Source: a virus (taxonomy: Duplodnaviria > Caudoviricetes). Taken from it: a DNA stretch of 26,591 nt. The notes under the pieces are model-generated. The model was given only the letters and a program-made list of their open reading frames with translations. It did not search any database and was not told the DNA's origin. Where the stretch lies: positions 1-26,591 of IMG/VR virus record IMGVR_UViG_3300016471_001062; one strand, written 5' to 3'. The position numbers and the translations under genes were made by a program. Shown here in pieces: positions 24,887 to 26,591 of this stretch (positions within the stretch are counted from its first letter, which is position 1; every line of letters begins with the position of its first letter).

Positions 24887-25504
24887 ATGGCAACTTTAAC
24901 TAGTAGAACAGTAGGTGTAAACACAGCAGTTTCATTAAATTATAAATGGGATTCTTACTTCAATACAGGAGAATGGTGGGGATCAACCACTGAATCTTCA
25001 AATTCAAATTTCACAGATATTATTTGGTATGATAACGGAAGTAATATCTTAACAAAAACAAAACCAACAGGTGATTTTCAAATTGCAGCAGTTACTTTAC
25101 ATTGTTACAACATTGTTGGTCTTGGAACAACTTTTAAATTATTCTCTGGAACATCTGAAGTGATTGATAAAGGCGTTGTTCAACTAGACGCTTCAAGCCA
25201 AATATATCTTGTTAGAGAAGGAATAACAATATCAATTGTTAAAATATTAAAAGGTGGTTGTGTTTTTAATACGCCATATACAAATATTGCTTTAGCTGCC
25301 CTTACGTTTACAAATGTATCAACAGGTGCAACAAAAGTTTTAACAGTTTCTTCAATTAATAGGGGAAATTTAGTTTCTTTGACGTCTATTAAAATAAGAA
25401 AATCAACAGGAACAGAAGATTTAATTCTTGCGTTACCAAACGATCCAGACGGTGCAGATTATTCAGTACCTACAACTGAAATTACATTTACTGATTTCGC
25501 TTAA
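24887..25504 (+). CDS. Thr/Ser-rich beta-type hypothetical protein, possible virion structural protein
   Basis: MATLT start, GGGAG RBS, composition distinct from neighbours, followed by a strong hairpin. Confidence 0.7.
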   Translation: MATLTSRTVGVNTAVSLNYKWDSYFNTGEWWGSTTESSNSNFTDIIWYDNGSNILTKTKPTGDFQIAAVTLHCYNIVGLGTTFKLFSGTSEVIDKGVVQLDASSQIYLVREGITISIVKILKGGCVFNTPYTNIALAALTFTNVSTGATKVLTVSSINRGNLVSLTSIKIRKSTGTEDLILALPNDPDGADYSVPTTEITFTDFA

Positions 25505-25514
25505 TTTTATTACA

Positions 25515-25550
25515 AAACTGCCGTCATATTTATGACGGCAGTTTATTTAT
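25515..25550 (+). terminator. intrinsic terminator-like hairpin
   Basis: Perfect 13-bp stem AAACTGCCGTCAT-attt-ATGACGGCAGTTT followed by T-rich sequence, 10 nt after the stop at 25504. Confidence 0.75.
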
Positions 25551-25565
25551 TATAGGTAAGAATAA

Positions 25566-26225
25566 ATGGCTATTTTATTAAATAAAGTAATTAATGCTCC
25601 CCTGTTAATTGAAATTCTTTGGGATCCATTTTTTAATGGTGAATATTGGATTGATAAAGAAAATGCATTAAAATTTAAAGATAGAATTGAAGTTATACGT
25701 GAAGATGTATTAAAAAATGTCGATACTATGAATATAGACACATTATTTGATGATAATACATTTCTTAAATTAGGTGGTATTGTATTACATAGTAAAATTT
25801 TAAAAGTTTCTCAAGGTAAAGAATGCACTATAAAATATGGAGAAAATTCAATTTTAAGTGAAGGTTTAATAGATCAAGGTTTATATCTAAAATGTCAAAG
25901 AATAACGACGTCTGAAATAGAATTAAAAATTATAAAACGTTGGAAACATAAAATTTCAGAAAACGATGATTTAACTTTTAATTTATCAACATTAAGGGTT
26001 GAAATAGATGATGATCGTATTTCTTCAAAAAAAATAAATTTAAATTTTTCCGGTAGAGATATTAATGATGATTCAAATTGTATAGCTGTGAAAAATTTAC
26101 AGAATGAATTAGAAATTGCAAATATTAATAATCAATTGGTTCTTAAATCTGAATTAGATAATGATGGTGAAGAATTTACAATTGAAATGAACGATATAAT
26201 AACGTCAAGTTACACAAACCTGTAG
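25566..26225 (+). CDS. hypothetical acidic protein
   Basis: 219-aa ORF with AGGT RBS. Confidence 0.7.
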   Translation: MAILLNKVINAPLLIEILWDPFFNGEYWIDKENALKFKDRIEVIREDVLKNVDTMNIDTLFDDNTFLKLGGIVLHSKILKVSQGKECTIKYGENSILSEGLIDQGLYLKCQRITTSEIELKIIKRWKHKISENDDLTFNLSTLRVEIDDDRISSKKINLNFSGRDINDDSNCIAVKNLQNELEIANINNQLVLKSELDNDGEEFTIEMNDIITSSYTNL

Positions 26226-26232
26226 GCCAAAT

Positions 26233-26591
26233 TTGTCAACTATTAATAAAAAAATTACAATAAATGATTATTTGTTGAAAAAACTTACGTGTGGAGAGTT
26301 TATTAAAACACACGAAAATAATCTTAATTCATTTTTTTATGATTCTAAAAATAAAACACAGGATGGAAGCCCAATTATGGGTGTAATAATAGATAAATTT
26401 GAATTATATGGATCACTTGTTTACAAAGATATTTTGCATAATGGTTTAATAAATAAATACGATACAAATTTATTTTTATACGCCAATCAAAAAAACAATT
26501 ATGTAGATTTTAGAATCATATACATGACGCAGCAACCAGAATTTAATAAACAAAATAAGCCTGTTGTAATTAAAAATGGTGATACCAAAAC
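26233..26591 (+). CDS. 3'-truncated hypothetical protein
   Basis: Frame open from TTG 26233 (STINKKITINDYLLKKLTCGEFIKTH...) to the window end; start uncertain. Confidence 0.6.
   Translation, partial: MSTINKKITINDYLLKKLTCGEFIKTHENNLNSFFYDSKNKTQDGSPIMGVIIDKFELYGSLVYKDILHNGLINKYDTNLFLYANQKNNYVDFRIIYMTQQPEFNKQNKPVVIKNGDTK

Noticed and set aside
24808-24924. N-terminal extension of the 595-aa ORF
   Set aside because: Overlaps the divergent gene at 24887 and its RBS; ATG 24807 is more plausible.
14930-25741. Shadow ORFs 14930+, 17611+, 18074+, 21275+, 22242-, 25550-
   Set aside because: Antisense to better-supported genes.
1-26591. Stop-codon reassignment as in some large phages
   Set aside because: Recognisable enzymes are uninterrupted under the standard code and TAA, TGA and TAG all end genes at sensible points.
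1-26591. CRISPR array, tRNA, intron/intein, IS element
   Set aside because: Intergenic gaps are mostly under 80 nt, with no spaced repeats, cloverleaf, transposase or splicing motifs seen by eye.
1-26591. Eukaryotic giant virus or bacterial chromosome origin
   Set aside because: Sigma70, GH24 lysozyme, Shine-Dalgarno sites and coupled overlaps argue against a eukaryotic virus; orphan groEL, phage-type ligase and many small unknown ORFs argue against a chromosome, though no capsid or terminase gene is in the window to prove it.

Overview
Very AT-rich, densely coding window with many ATGA-type overlaps, standard stop-codon usage and no tRNA, CRISPR array or IS element that I can see. Gene content points to a large (jumbo-type) tailed bacteriophage. 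Recognisable products: Nudix hydrolase, GapR/DsbA-like DNA-binding protein, GH24 lysozyme, ATP-dependent DNA ligase, SGNH hydrolase, secreted FGE/SUMF1-domain protein, type I PRTase-like protein, GroEL (no GroES in the window), PhoD-like phosphatase, UvsE UV endonuclease, GT-B glycosyltransferase, SpoU/TrmH methyltransferase, MBD4-like DNA glycosylase, sigma70-family factor, Pol-beta-type nucleotidyltransferase, patatin, HD hydrolase and HExxH protein. Best leads: (1) a sigma70 apparently split inside domain 4, with the region-4.2 helix-turn-helix on the next, overlapping gene; (2) a shared 'LRxLIRE..LxE' N-terminal tag on unrelated proteins, possibly a capsid-targeting/cleavage signal; (3) a tagged PRTase fused to a UvrD/PcrA-like Tudor domain; (4) a nucleotidyltransferase-patatin pair with CBASS-like layout; (5) a eukaryote-type MBD4 glycosylase; (6) a dispersed family of small SH3-like genes. 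All family calls come from motif recognition by eye; no searches were run.
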